DNA of 7,316 nucleotides from a virus (Duplodnaviria; Heunggongvirae; Uroviricota; Caudoviricetes): IMG/VR virus record IMGVR_UViG_2778261350_000002; one strand, 5' to 3'. Shown piece by piece: positions 1 to 7,187 of this stretch (position 1 is its first letter; each line of letters starts with the position of its first letter). The notes under the pieces were generated by a model. It saw only the letters and a program-made list of their open reading frames with translations, ran no database searches and was not told where the DNA came from. The position numbers and the translations under genes were made by a program.

Positions 1-1106
<1,106 letters not shown>

Positions 1107-1111
1107 TTAGT

Positions 1112-1127
1112 AATCCACGGATGGATT
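1112..1127. terminator. Short hairpin in the 24-nt gap between convergent genes; possible weak bidirectional terminator
   Basis: AATCCA (1112-1117), loop CGGA, TGGATT (1122-1127): a perfect 6-bp stem. The stem is AT-rich and there is no clear U-tract on either strand, so termination efficiency is doubtful. Confidence 0.2.
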
Positions 1128-1130
1128 CGT

Positions 1131-1553
1131 TTAGCCATCGGATAGGCGCTCTTTTGCCTCTTCGATTAAATCAGCACAAATAAGAGGTAGCTCTGATGAA
1201 ACGACTTCCCAGCCAGATTTTTTAACAACTTCATTTAACCACTCTTCTCGATCGTGAGTTCCTCTTCTTTTTTCTAGGAGGAAGATTTGAGAGTAAATCT
1301 GAATGGCCTTCTCGTTTAGATAAAACGCATATTGCCTGTTTAAAACAACATCTGCAAGTATATCAATGCCTTGTTGGGTTTTTGCCGCTACATCTGGCTC
1401 TACTCCCATACGAATAGATAAATCGCATAACTCAACAAATGCACGCTCTTCAGCGTCGTATTTCATTTTGTAAAAATGTGAAGCCAGTTTTTGCGTTTCG
1501 GCGAGTTCTGCCCTTAATTTTTTTATCTTGCTTCTCGTTAATATACCAAACAC
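1131..1553 (-). CDS. Hypothetical 140-aa helical protein; distal gene of the minus-strand cassette
   Basis: Part of track ORF 1131..1676(-). Preferred start is the in-frame GTG at 1553-1551, preceded by a near-perfect Shine-Dalgarno TAAGGAGG (reverse complement of 1559-1566) with a 5-nt spacer; this removes the 67-nt overlap with the upstream gene. Stop TAA at 1133-1131. No recognisable motif. Confidence 0.55.
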   Translation of the reverse strand: MFGILTRSKIKKLRAELAETQKLASHFYKMKYDAEERAFVELCDLSIRMGVEPDVAAKTQQGIDILADVVLNRQYAFYLNEKAIQIYSQIFLLEKRRGTHDREEWLNEVVKKSGWEVVSSELPLICADLIEEAKERLSDG

Positions 1554-1609
1554 ACCAGCCTCCTTAGTTTTGCGCAGGATACCAGATGATAATGTATTGG
1601 TGGATGGTG

Positions 1610-1963
1610 CTATTTTGTAACCAATGCGATAAACAGCGGGACAAGGATCGATGAAATCAATAGACCAATGAGCCATTTTTGATTCTCACTGACTTTGTCT
1701 CTATTTTCATCCATCTTATCAATAATTCGACGCTCCAAGCCATGCATATCACCGCGAATGGCAATCATCTCATTGCGAATATCCGAGATGAGTTTGCTCT
1801 GATTTTCAGCGATAGTCTCAATGCGGGTCATTCTACTGTTCATGTCTGATCCTCCTCCATTGCCACTACCAGTTGGTGTATGCGGCGGTTCATCACCAAG
1901 CGTGGCGAAATATTTACCAGAGAAGAGATTTTCAGCGTCATAAACGTTAGAACGTTCAGCCAT
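1610..1963 (-). CDS. Tail-anchored membrane protein (117 aa): polar N-terminal coiled-coil-like region and a single C-terminal transmembrane helix
   Basis: Track ORF. ATG at 1963-1961 overlaps the stop of the upstream gene by 8 nt (ATGGCTGA), with AAGGAG 10 nt upstream. N-terminal region has a Gly-rich linker (GSGNGGGS) and a charged helical stretch (RIETIAENQSKLISDIRNEMIAIRGDMHGLERRIIDKMDENRDK). C-terminus is WLIGLLISSILVPLFIALVTK, about 19 hydrophobic residues then a stop. The architecture resembles XhlA-like small membrane proteins; this is tentative. Confidence 0.65.
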   Translation of the reverse strand: MAERSNVYDAENLFSGKYFATLGDEPPHTPTGSGNGGGSDMNSRMTRIETIAENQSKLISDIRNEMIAIRGDMHGLERRIIDKMDENRDKVSENQKWLIGLLISSILVPLFIALVTK

Positions 1964-2327
1964 TACGCTCTTTCTCCTTAAGATACCAACTTAACACAAC
2001 TCCTGTGTTGTACTGCATGGTATAGCCACAATGTTTGCAAATGACGTGATAGCAATAATTGATTGGGTTGAATGTATGATTATCATCATCACCCTTTATA
2101 TATTTTTCGTAGTGAGCATGTCTCCCCATGACATCTTCTCCACTATCTTGGTTTATAAATTGAACTTGAGGGACAACCATCTCAGACATTCCACACATCG
2201 GGCATTCTTCTTGTACACCTTTTGCCCGAAGAAATGCGTCCAGCACCTTAGTGGTGATAGAAGACAACGCTGTGCGATACTCAGCTTCCCTCTTCTTTTC
2301 TTCTGTGATGTTTTGGTTATTGTTCAT
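1956..2327 (-). CDS. Zinc-ribbon protein (123 aa) with two CxxC knuckles
   Basis: Track ORF. ATG at 2327-2325 overlaps the mnt stop (TAA 2319-2317) by 11 nt. Two Cys pairs, CPMCG and CKHCG, lie about 52 residues apart. The first knuckle, CPMCGMSEMV, resembles the YgiT/MqsA-type zinc ribbon (CPVCHQGEMV, from memory); the longer spacing and lack of an HTH make that assignment tentative. Confidence 0.65.
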   Translation of the reverse strand: MNNNQNITEEKKREAEYRTALSSITTKVLDAFLRAKGVQEECPMCGMSEMVVPQVQFINQDSGEDVMGRHAHYEKYIKGDDDNHTFNPINYCYHVICKHCGYTMQYNTGVVLSWYLKEKERNG

Positions 2328-2574
2328 TTTTCTCGTTGCTATACACGCATTTCAACTTCTCAACATCACGCTCAAGATCTATCAATCGTGATGCTATAGT
2401 TGCAAGATCTAGTGCTTGAATGTGTTTATTTTTTTCGGTCCATGCTTCAAGTGCCGCGACCATCTCAGCATTTAATGAACGAGAATTAGCCTCAGCCAGT
2501 TCAATAAGACGTTCCTTTATCTCTACAGGAAGCCTCAGATTCACTTGAGGGTTTTTGTACTTACGATCAGACAT
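2317..2574 (-). CDS. mnt: Mnt-like ribbon-helix-helix repressor (85 aa)
   Basis: The translation ...KNPQVNLRLPVEIKERLIELAEANSRSLNAEMVAALEAW... fits the Arc/Mnt RHH pattern (NLRxP...AE.NGRS.N.E), and a C-terminal helical extension is present as in P22 Mnt (83 aa). Start is set at ATG 2574-2572, which has AGGA 7 nt upstream (reverse complement of 2582-2585). The track's GTG at 2580 is only 1 nt from that SD. It is divergent from the arc-ant pair, as in P22 immI. Confidence 0.8.
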   Translation of the reverse strand: MSDRKYKNPQVNLRLPVEIKERLIELAEANSRSLNAEMVAALEAWTEKNKHIQALDLATIASRLIDLERDVEKLKCVYSNEKNEQ

Positions 2575-2580
2575 CGGCAC

Positions 2581-2679
2581 ATCCTGAATAATTTTTTACC
2601 ACAGGATATGTAGGTATCTATTGACTATCAATGCGTACCTAAATACTATGTATGCGTACCACATACAACGGAGGATGCA
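2581..2679. promoter_or_regulatory. Divergent promoter/operator region between mnt and arc (P_mnt / P_ant equivalents)
   Basis: A 99-bp gap between divergent repressor genes. Contains a direct repeat ATGCGTACC at 2631-2639 and 2652-2660 (21-bp period), inverted repeats TGTATG-N7-CATACA (2649-2667) and ATCCTG-N15-CAGGAT (2581-2607), and promoter-like hexamers on both strands. Minus-strand candidate: -35 TTGATA (reverse complement of 2627-2632) and -10 TATCCT (reverse complement of 2604-2609). Assigning operators to specific repeats is inference. Confidence 0.55.
2621..2649 (+). promoter_or_regulatory. Candidate sigma70 promoter driving arc-ant (P_ant-like)
   Basis: -35 TTGACT (2621-2626), 17-nt spacer, -10 TACTAT (2644-2649). 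The arc SD GGAGGA lies at 2670-2675 and the ATG at 2680. Confidence 0.4.
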
Positions 2680-2820
2680 ATGAAGGTAAAAACACTGCGT
2701 ATGCCAGAGAAGTTAGAAAAAATCCTTGAAGAGAAAGCAAAGGAAGAGTGTCGCTCATTTAGTGCAGAAGTAATTAAACGGGTGATGGACAGCCTAAAGA
2801 GAGAGGGGATAACGGTGTGA
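2680..2820 (+). CDS. arc: Arc-like ribbon-helix-helix repressor (46 aa); below the ORF-track length cutoff
   Basis: ATG 2680, SD GGAGGA 2670-2675, stop TGA 2818-2820. Hand translation: MKVKTLRMPEKLEKILEEKAKEECRSFSAEVIKRVMDSLKREGITV. It aligns by eye with P22 Arc (...FNLRWPREVLDLVRKVAEENGRSVNSEIYQRVMESFKKEGRI, from memory). It sits immediately upstream of ant and divergent from mnt. Confidence 0.8.
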   Translation: MKVKTLRMPEKLEKILEEKAKEECRSFSAEVIKRVMDSLKREGITV

Positions 2821-2971
2821 TTTGCTTGGATGCAGTAGTCAAAGAGATTGCGCTTACCATTTTAAGACCAAATTTTGTTCATGGAGAATCATTTGGCACG
2901 AACGAAAAATTGAGAAGAGAAAGAGTATTCAGTGGCAAGCGCACGTTTTCAGAAGTGATGCTTGATGCGGC

Positions 2972-3052
2972 AAAGAAATCAAAACAGTGAAGCCCCAACT
3001 GCTGGAACAGTCAGGGCTTCGGTTGTCGGTAAATCCGTGGAGAAAAACCAAC
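2972..3052 (-). ncRNA. Candidate sar-like antisense RNA covering the ant ribosome-binding site
   Basis: On the minus strand there is an extended -10 TGcTATACT (reverse complement of 3059-3067) inside the first ant codons. About 60 nt downstream is a hairpin (7-bp stem 2989-2995/3014-3020, inner 4-bp stem 2998-3001/3008-3011, hexaloop), followed on the minus strand by ACUGUUUUGAUUUCUUUG. The predicted ~80-nt transcript is antisense to the ant SD (GGAG 3039-3042). P22 has a 68-69 nt sar RNA with this arrangement. Ends are approximate. Confidence 0.3.
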
Positions 3053-3988
3053 ATGAATAGTATAGCAATTTTAGAAGCAGTGAACACCTCTTACGTACCT
3101 TTCAATGGTCAGCAGATTATCACCGCCATGGCTGCCGGAGTTGCATATGTTGCGATGAAGCCAATCGTTGAAAACCTCGGAATGAGCTGGGGTACTCAGC
3201 AACAAAAACTTATGAAACAACTAGATAAGTTCAACTGTATTCATATGAATATGGTTGCCGCTGATGGGAAGCTTCGTAAGCTACTCTGCCTTCCTTTGAA
3301 GAAGTTAAATGGATGGCTGTTCAGCATCAACCCTGAGAAAGTTCGTGCTGACATCCGCGATAAACTGATTCAGTACCAGGAAGAATGCTTTACTGTGCTG
3401 CATGACTACTGGACTAAAGGCCATGTAGTTAACCCACGCAAAGCTAAAAAGGCGTTGCCGGGTAAAATAACCACTGAACAGCAGGAAGCCATTAAACAAC
3501 TCGTCATGAGTCGCGGTCAGTCTCTGCCAAAAGAAAAACAGGCGAAGGCGATGATCACCATGTGGTCGTCACTGAAATCCCATTTTGGATGTTCGTACAA
3601 AGAAATCAGTGAGGAGCAGTTTACCGAAGCACTGTCACTTGCAGCTCGAGTTCCACTTGAAGGTGAGTTCATCGGCAAACAAGAGAAGAAAGCAAACGAG
3701 CTTTCTGCAAAAGAAGCAAACAGCCTTGTATGGTTATGGGATTATGCCAACCGCTCACAGGCATTATTCCGCGAACTGTATCCGGCATTAAAACAAATTC
3801 AATCGAACTATTCCGGGAGATGCTACGACTACGGTCATGAGTTCTCGTATGTTATCGTAATGGCGAGAGACGTTTTAATCAATCACACACGAGATGTTGA
3901 TATTAATGAGCCAGATGGACCAACGAATCTTTCCGCATGGATGAGACTTAAGAATAAAGAATTACCTCCTTCAGTACATAACTACTGA
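3053..3988 (+). CDS. ant: Antirepressor (Ant-like), 311 aa
   Basis: Track ORF 2987..3988. It follows arc on the same strand as in the P22 immI region. Preferred start is ATG 3053 ([10 protein letters not shown]...) with GGAG at 3039-3042; the track start at 2987 is a GTG with no SD. Stop TGA 3986-3988. The Ant assignment rests on synteny with arc/mnt and size; the sequence-level match was not verified. Confidence 0.7.
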   Translation: MNSIAILEAVNTSYVPFNGQQIITAMAAGVAYVAMKPIVENLGMSWGTQQQKLMKQLDKFNCIHMNMVAADGKLRKLLCLPLKKLNGWLFSINPEKVRADIRDKLIQYQEECFTVLHDYWTKGHVVNPRKAKKALPGKITTEQQEAIKQLVMSRGQSLPKEKQAKAMITMWSSLKSHFGCSYKEISEEQFTEALSLAARVPLEGEFIGKQEKKANELSAKEANSLVWLWDYANRSQALFRELYPALKQIQSNYSGRCYDYGHEFSYVIVMARDVLINHTRDVDINEPDGPTNLSAWMRLKNKELPPSVHNY

Positions 3989-4005
3989 CAGATAACCAAC
4001 GCAAC

Positions 4006-4030
4006 GACCCAGCTTCGGCTGGGTTTTTTT
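4006..4030 (+). terminator. Rho-independent terminator downstream of ant
   Basis: GC-rich stem ACCCAGC (4007-4013) / GCTGGGT (4018-4024) with a UUCG tetraloop (4014-4017), followed by a run of 7 T (4024-4030). Confidence 0.8.
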
Positions 4031-4088
4031 ATGCCCAAAATTCACCGTAGCCATGCTGCGGCGATTCCTTGTATCTGGAGCAAATTAA

Positions 4089-7034
4089 ATGACAGACATT
4101 ACAGCCAATGTTGTAGTGAGTATGCCTTCGCAACTCTTCACTATGGCTCGTTCTTTTAAAGCCGTAGCCAATGGCAAAATTTATATCGGTAAAATTGACA
4201 CTGACCCGGTAAATCCTGAAAACCAGATTCAGGTTTATGTAGATAACGAAGACGGTTCTCACATTCCTGTTTCGCAACCAATAATCATTAACGCTGCTGG
4301 ATATCCGGTATATAACGGACAGATTGCCAAATTCGTAACCGTGCAAGGCCATTCTATGGCTGTTTATGATGCGTATGGTACACAGCAGTTCTATTTTCCG
4401 AATGTGCTGAAGTATGATCCTGATCAGTTACGGCAGCAATTAGAAGACCCAGATGGAGCGAATAAATACCCAAAACTTCAGATAGCAAGATGGAGAGACA
4501 GTTATGATGTAAGAGGTTGGGGGGCTATTGGTGATGGTGTTCATGATGATACATCAGCTCTATCAGAATTACTTTCTGTTGCAACAGGTGGTGAAAAGAT
4601 AGATGGGCGAGGGCTTACTTTTAAAGTATCAACTCTTCCAGATGTCAGTCGATTTAAAAATGCTCGTTTTTTATTTGAGAGAATACCGGGTCAGCCTCTT
4701 TTTTATGCTTCTGAAGATTTTATCCAAGGAGAGTTATTTAAAATTACAGATACACCGTGGTACAACGCCTGGACGCAGGATAAAACGTTTGTATATGACA
4801 ATGTCATCTATGCGCCTTTTATGGCTGGAGACCGCCATGGTGTAAATAACCTCCATGTTGCATGGGTTCGCTCAGGAGATGACGGGAAGACCTGGACAAC
4901 GCCGGAATGGCTTACAGATTTACATGAAAACTATCCCACAGTTAACTATCACTGCATGAGTATGGGGGTTGTCAGAAATCGCCTTTTTGCTGTAATTGAG
5001 ACGCGGACCGTGAGCGGAAATAAACTGCAGGTTGCAGAGTTGTGGGATCGCCCAATGAGTCGCAGCCTTCGCGTTTATGGTGGTATAACGAAAGCAGCAA
5101 ATCAGCAAGTCGCTTATATTCGCATTACTGATCACGGATTATTTGCTGGTGATTTTGTCAACTTCTCAAACTCTGGTGTTACAGGTGTTACCGGGAATAT
5201 GACGGTGACTACTGTCATTGATAAAAATACTTTTACAGTTACGACGCAAAATACCCAGGATGTGGATCAGAATAACGAGGGTAGATACTGGAGTTTTGGT
5301 ACATCATTTCACTCGTCACCATGGAGAAAAACCAGTCTTGGAACTATTCCTTCTTTTGTTGACGGAAGCACTCCTGTTACTGAGATTCACAGTTTTGCGA
5401 CGATTAGCGATAACAGTTTTGCTGTTGGCTACCATAATGGTGATATTGGTCCACGCGAGCTTGGGATACTCTATTTCTCTGATGCTTTCGGTTCTCCTGG
5501 TAGCTTTGTTCGCAGACGCATACCTGTAGAATATGAGGCGAATGCATCTGAGCCATGTGTAAAATATTATGATGGCATTCTGTATCTGACGACCAGGGGG
5601 ACATTAAGTACTCAACCCGGTAGTTCATTGCACAGAAGCTCTGATTTAGGTACATCATGGAATTCTCTTCGCTTCCCAAATAATGTTCATCACTCAAACC
5701 TTCCTTTTGCCAAAGTTGGCGATGAGCTGATTATTTTTGGCAGTGAGCGCGCATTTGGTGAGTGGGAAGGAGGAGAACCTGATAACCGTTATGCAGGAAA
5801 TTATCCAAGAACATTTATGACCAGAGTTAACGTCAATGAGTGGAGTCTGGATAATGTAGAGTGGGTTAATGTTACTGATCAGATTTATCAGGGCGGAATA
5901 GTTAACTCTGCGGTTGGTGTTGGTTCAGTTTGTATCAAAGACAACTGGCTGTACTACATTTTCGGTGGGGAAGACTTTCTAAACCCATGGAGCATAGGGG
6001 ATAACAACAGAAAATATCCTTATGTTCACGATGGTCACCCGGCTGATTTGTATTGTTTCAGGGTGAAAATTAAACAGGAAGAATTTGTTTCAAGGGATTT
6101 TGTCTACGGAGCCACTCCTAACAGAACGCTTCCTACTTTTATGTCGACGTCAGGCGTGAGGACGGTTCCTGTACCCGTTGATTTCACAGATGATGTTGCC
6201 GTCCAGTCACTGACTGTCCATGCCGGTACATCAGGACAAGTTCGCGCGGAAGTCAAACTTGAGGGTAATTACGCCATTATTGCGAAGAAAGTACCGTCTG
6301 ATGATGTTACCGCTCAGAGATTAATCGTTAGCGGCGGTGAAACAACATCTTCAGCAGATGGTGCAATGATAACGTTGCATGGTTCCGGAAGCAGTACTCC
6401 ACGTCGCGCGGTATATAACGCACTCGAACATCTTTTTGAGAACGGAGATGTTAAACCTTATCTTGATAATGTAAATGCTCTTGGTGGTCCGGGAAACAGG
6501 TTCTCGACAGTTTATCTTGGCTCCAATCCTGTGGTTACCAGTGACGGAACATTAAAGACAGAGCCGGTCTCTCCTGACGAAGCATTGCTGGATGCCTGGG
6601 GTGACGTCAGGTATATCGCTTATAAATGGCTGAACGCTGTCGCTATAAAGGGGGAAGAAGGGGCGAGGATACATCATGGTGTAATCGCGCAGCAACTTCG
6701 TGATGTTCTTATTTCTCACGGACTCATGGAAGAAGAAAGCACAACATGCCGCTATGCCTTTCTTTGCTATGACGATTATCCCGCAGTATATGATGACGTC
6801 ATTACTGGCCAAAGGGAAATGCCGCTGACTGATAATGACGGGAGCATCATTGTTGATGAGGATGATAATCCAGTGATGGTAATGGAAGACATCATTGAGC
6901 GCGTTGAAATAACGCCAGCAGGATCTAGATGGGGAGTCAGACCTGATCTCTTATTCTATATCGAGGCAGCATGGCAGCGCAGAGAAATAGAAAGAATAAA
7001 AGCTAGGTTAGACTTAATAGAAGGGAGGCACTAA
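4089..7034 (+). CDS. Tailspike protein, 981 aa: P22 gp9-type head-binding N-terminal domain fused to an endosialidase (endo-N-acetylneuraminidase) body and a C-terminal intramolecular chaperone (peptidase S74-type) domain
   Basis: ATG 4089 with GGAG 4077-4080 (8-nt spacer); stop TAA 7032-7034. The N-terminus [11 protein letters not shown]...[31 protein letters not shown]...[12 protein letters not shown]....NVLKYDPDQ matches the P22 tailspike head-binding domain from memory. Two Asp-box motifs (S-x-D-x-G-x-T/S-W): SGDDGKTW (nt 4872-4895, aa 262-269) and SSDLGTSW (nt 5637-5660, aa 517-524). The C-terminal ~160 aa begin at ...[11 protein letters not shown]..., the expected autocleavage Ser-Asp context. 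Confidence 0.85.
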   Translation: MTDITANVVVSMPSQLFTMARSFKAVANGKIYIGKIDTDPVNPENQIQVYVDNEDGSHIPVSQPIIINAAGYPVYNGQIAKFVTVQGHSMAVYDAYGTQQFYFPNVLKYDPDQLRQQLEDPDGANKYPKLQIARWRDSYDVRGWGAIGDGVHDDTSALSELLSVATGGEKIDGRGLTFKVSTLPDVSRFKNARFLFERIPGQPLFYASEDFIQGELFKITDTPWYNAWTQDKTFVYDNVIYAPFMAGDRHGVNNLHVAWVRSGDDGKTWTTPEWLTDLHENYPTVNYHCMSMGVVRNRLFAVIETRTVSGNKLQVAELWDRPMSRSLRVYGGITKAANQQVAYIRITDHGLFAGDFVNFSNSGVTGVTGNMTVTTVIDKNTFTVTTQNTQDVDQNNEGRYWSFGTSFHSSPWRKTSLGTIPSFVDGSTPVTEIHSFATISDNSFAVGYHNGDIGPRELGILYFSDAFGSPGSFVRRRIPVEYEANASEPCVKYYDGILYLTTRGTLSTQPGSSLHRSSDLGTSWNSLRFPNNVHHSNLPFAKVGDELIIFGSERAFGEWEGGEPDNRYAGNYPRTFMTRVNVNEWSLDNVEWVNVTDQIYQGGIVNSAVGVGSVCIKDNWLYYIFGGEDFLNPWSIGDNNRKYPYVHDGHPADLYCFRVKIKQEEFVSRDFVYGATPNRTLPTFMSTSGVRTVPVPVDFTDDVAVQSLTVHAGTSGQVRAEVKLEGNYAIIAKKVPSDDVTAQRLIVSGGETTSSADGAMITLHGSGSSTPRRAVYNALEHLFENGDVKPYLDNVNALGGPGNRFSTVYLGSNPVVTSDGTLKTEPVSPDEALLDAWGDVRYIAYKWLNAVAIKGEEGARIHHGVIAQQLRDVLISHGLMEEESTTCRYAFLCYDDYPAVYDDVITGQREMPLTDNDGSIIVDEDDNPVMVMEDIIERVEITPAGSRWGVRPDLLFYIEAAWQRREIERIKARLDLIEGRH

Positions 7035-7098
7035 ATGTTTCGTTGGCGTCAAAAATATGAACTGCTCACATAAAGAAGTAAGTACATTGGCAAAAAAC

Positions 7099-7171
7099 AT
7101 TGACGTCAACGAAATTAAATATAAAAATTTAAATGCTTTTTGATGACAAGAAAAGTAACTAGTGGTAAAAT
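7099..7171 (+). promoter_or_regulatory. Candidate promoter(s) for the downstream phase-variable gene
   Basis: Option 1: -35 TTGACG (7099-7104) with an A/T-rich -10 near 7121-7127 (TAAAAA). Option 2: -35 TTGATG (7140-7145), 17-nt spacer, extended -10 TGgTAAAAT (7163-7171). SD AGGA is at 7177-7180 and the ATG at 7188. A 60-nt sample (7081-7140) is 23% GC by hand count. Confidence 0.3.
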
Positions 7172-7187
7172 AACGTAGGATACTAAT

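Noticed and set aside
1554-1676. Long form of the distal cassette gene starting at ATG 1676 (181 aa)
   Set aside because: It would overlap the upstream membrane-protein gene by 67 nt in another frame and has only a weak SD. The internal GTG 1553 has a near-perfect TAAGGAGG at ideal spacing.
2031-2399. Track ORF 2031..2399(+), 122 aa
   Set aside because: It is antisense to the zinc-ribbon gene and the 3' end of mnt, both of which have motif or coupling support. The translation is low-complexity and hydrophobic, with no SD.
2575-2580. GTG 2580 as the mnt start (track coordinates)
   Set aside because: It sits 1 nt from the only SD (AGGA). ATG 2574 is 7 nt from it.
2987-3052. GTG 2987 as the ant start (track coordinates)
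   Set aside because: There is no SD upstream. ATG 3053 has GGAG at 3039-3042. GTG 2987 is kept as an alternative because of the GTGA overlap noted in the findings.
3305-3791. Track ORFs 3305..3499(-) and 3585..3791(+)
   Set aside because: Both are embedded in the ant coding region in alternative frames.
4029-6812. Track ORFs 4029..4352(-), 4603..4845(+), 4920..5135(-), 5218..5529(+), 5404..5697(-), 6552..6812(-)
   Set aside because: All are embedded in or antisense to the 981-aa tailspike gene, which has clear motif support. They have no independent start signals.
7099-7108. TGACGTCA read as a cAMP-response (CRE) element
   Set aside because: That is a eukaryotic transcription-factor site. 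Here it is more plausibly a bacterial promoter -35 or regulator palindrome.
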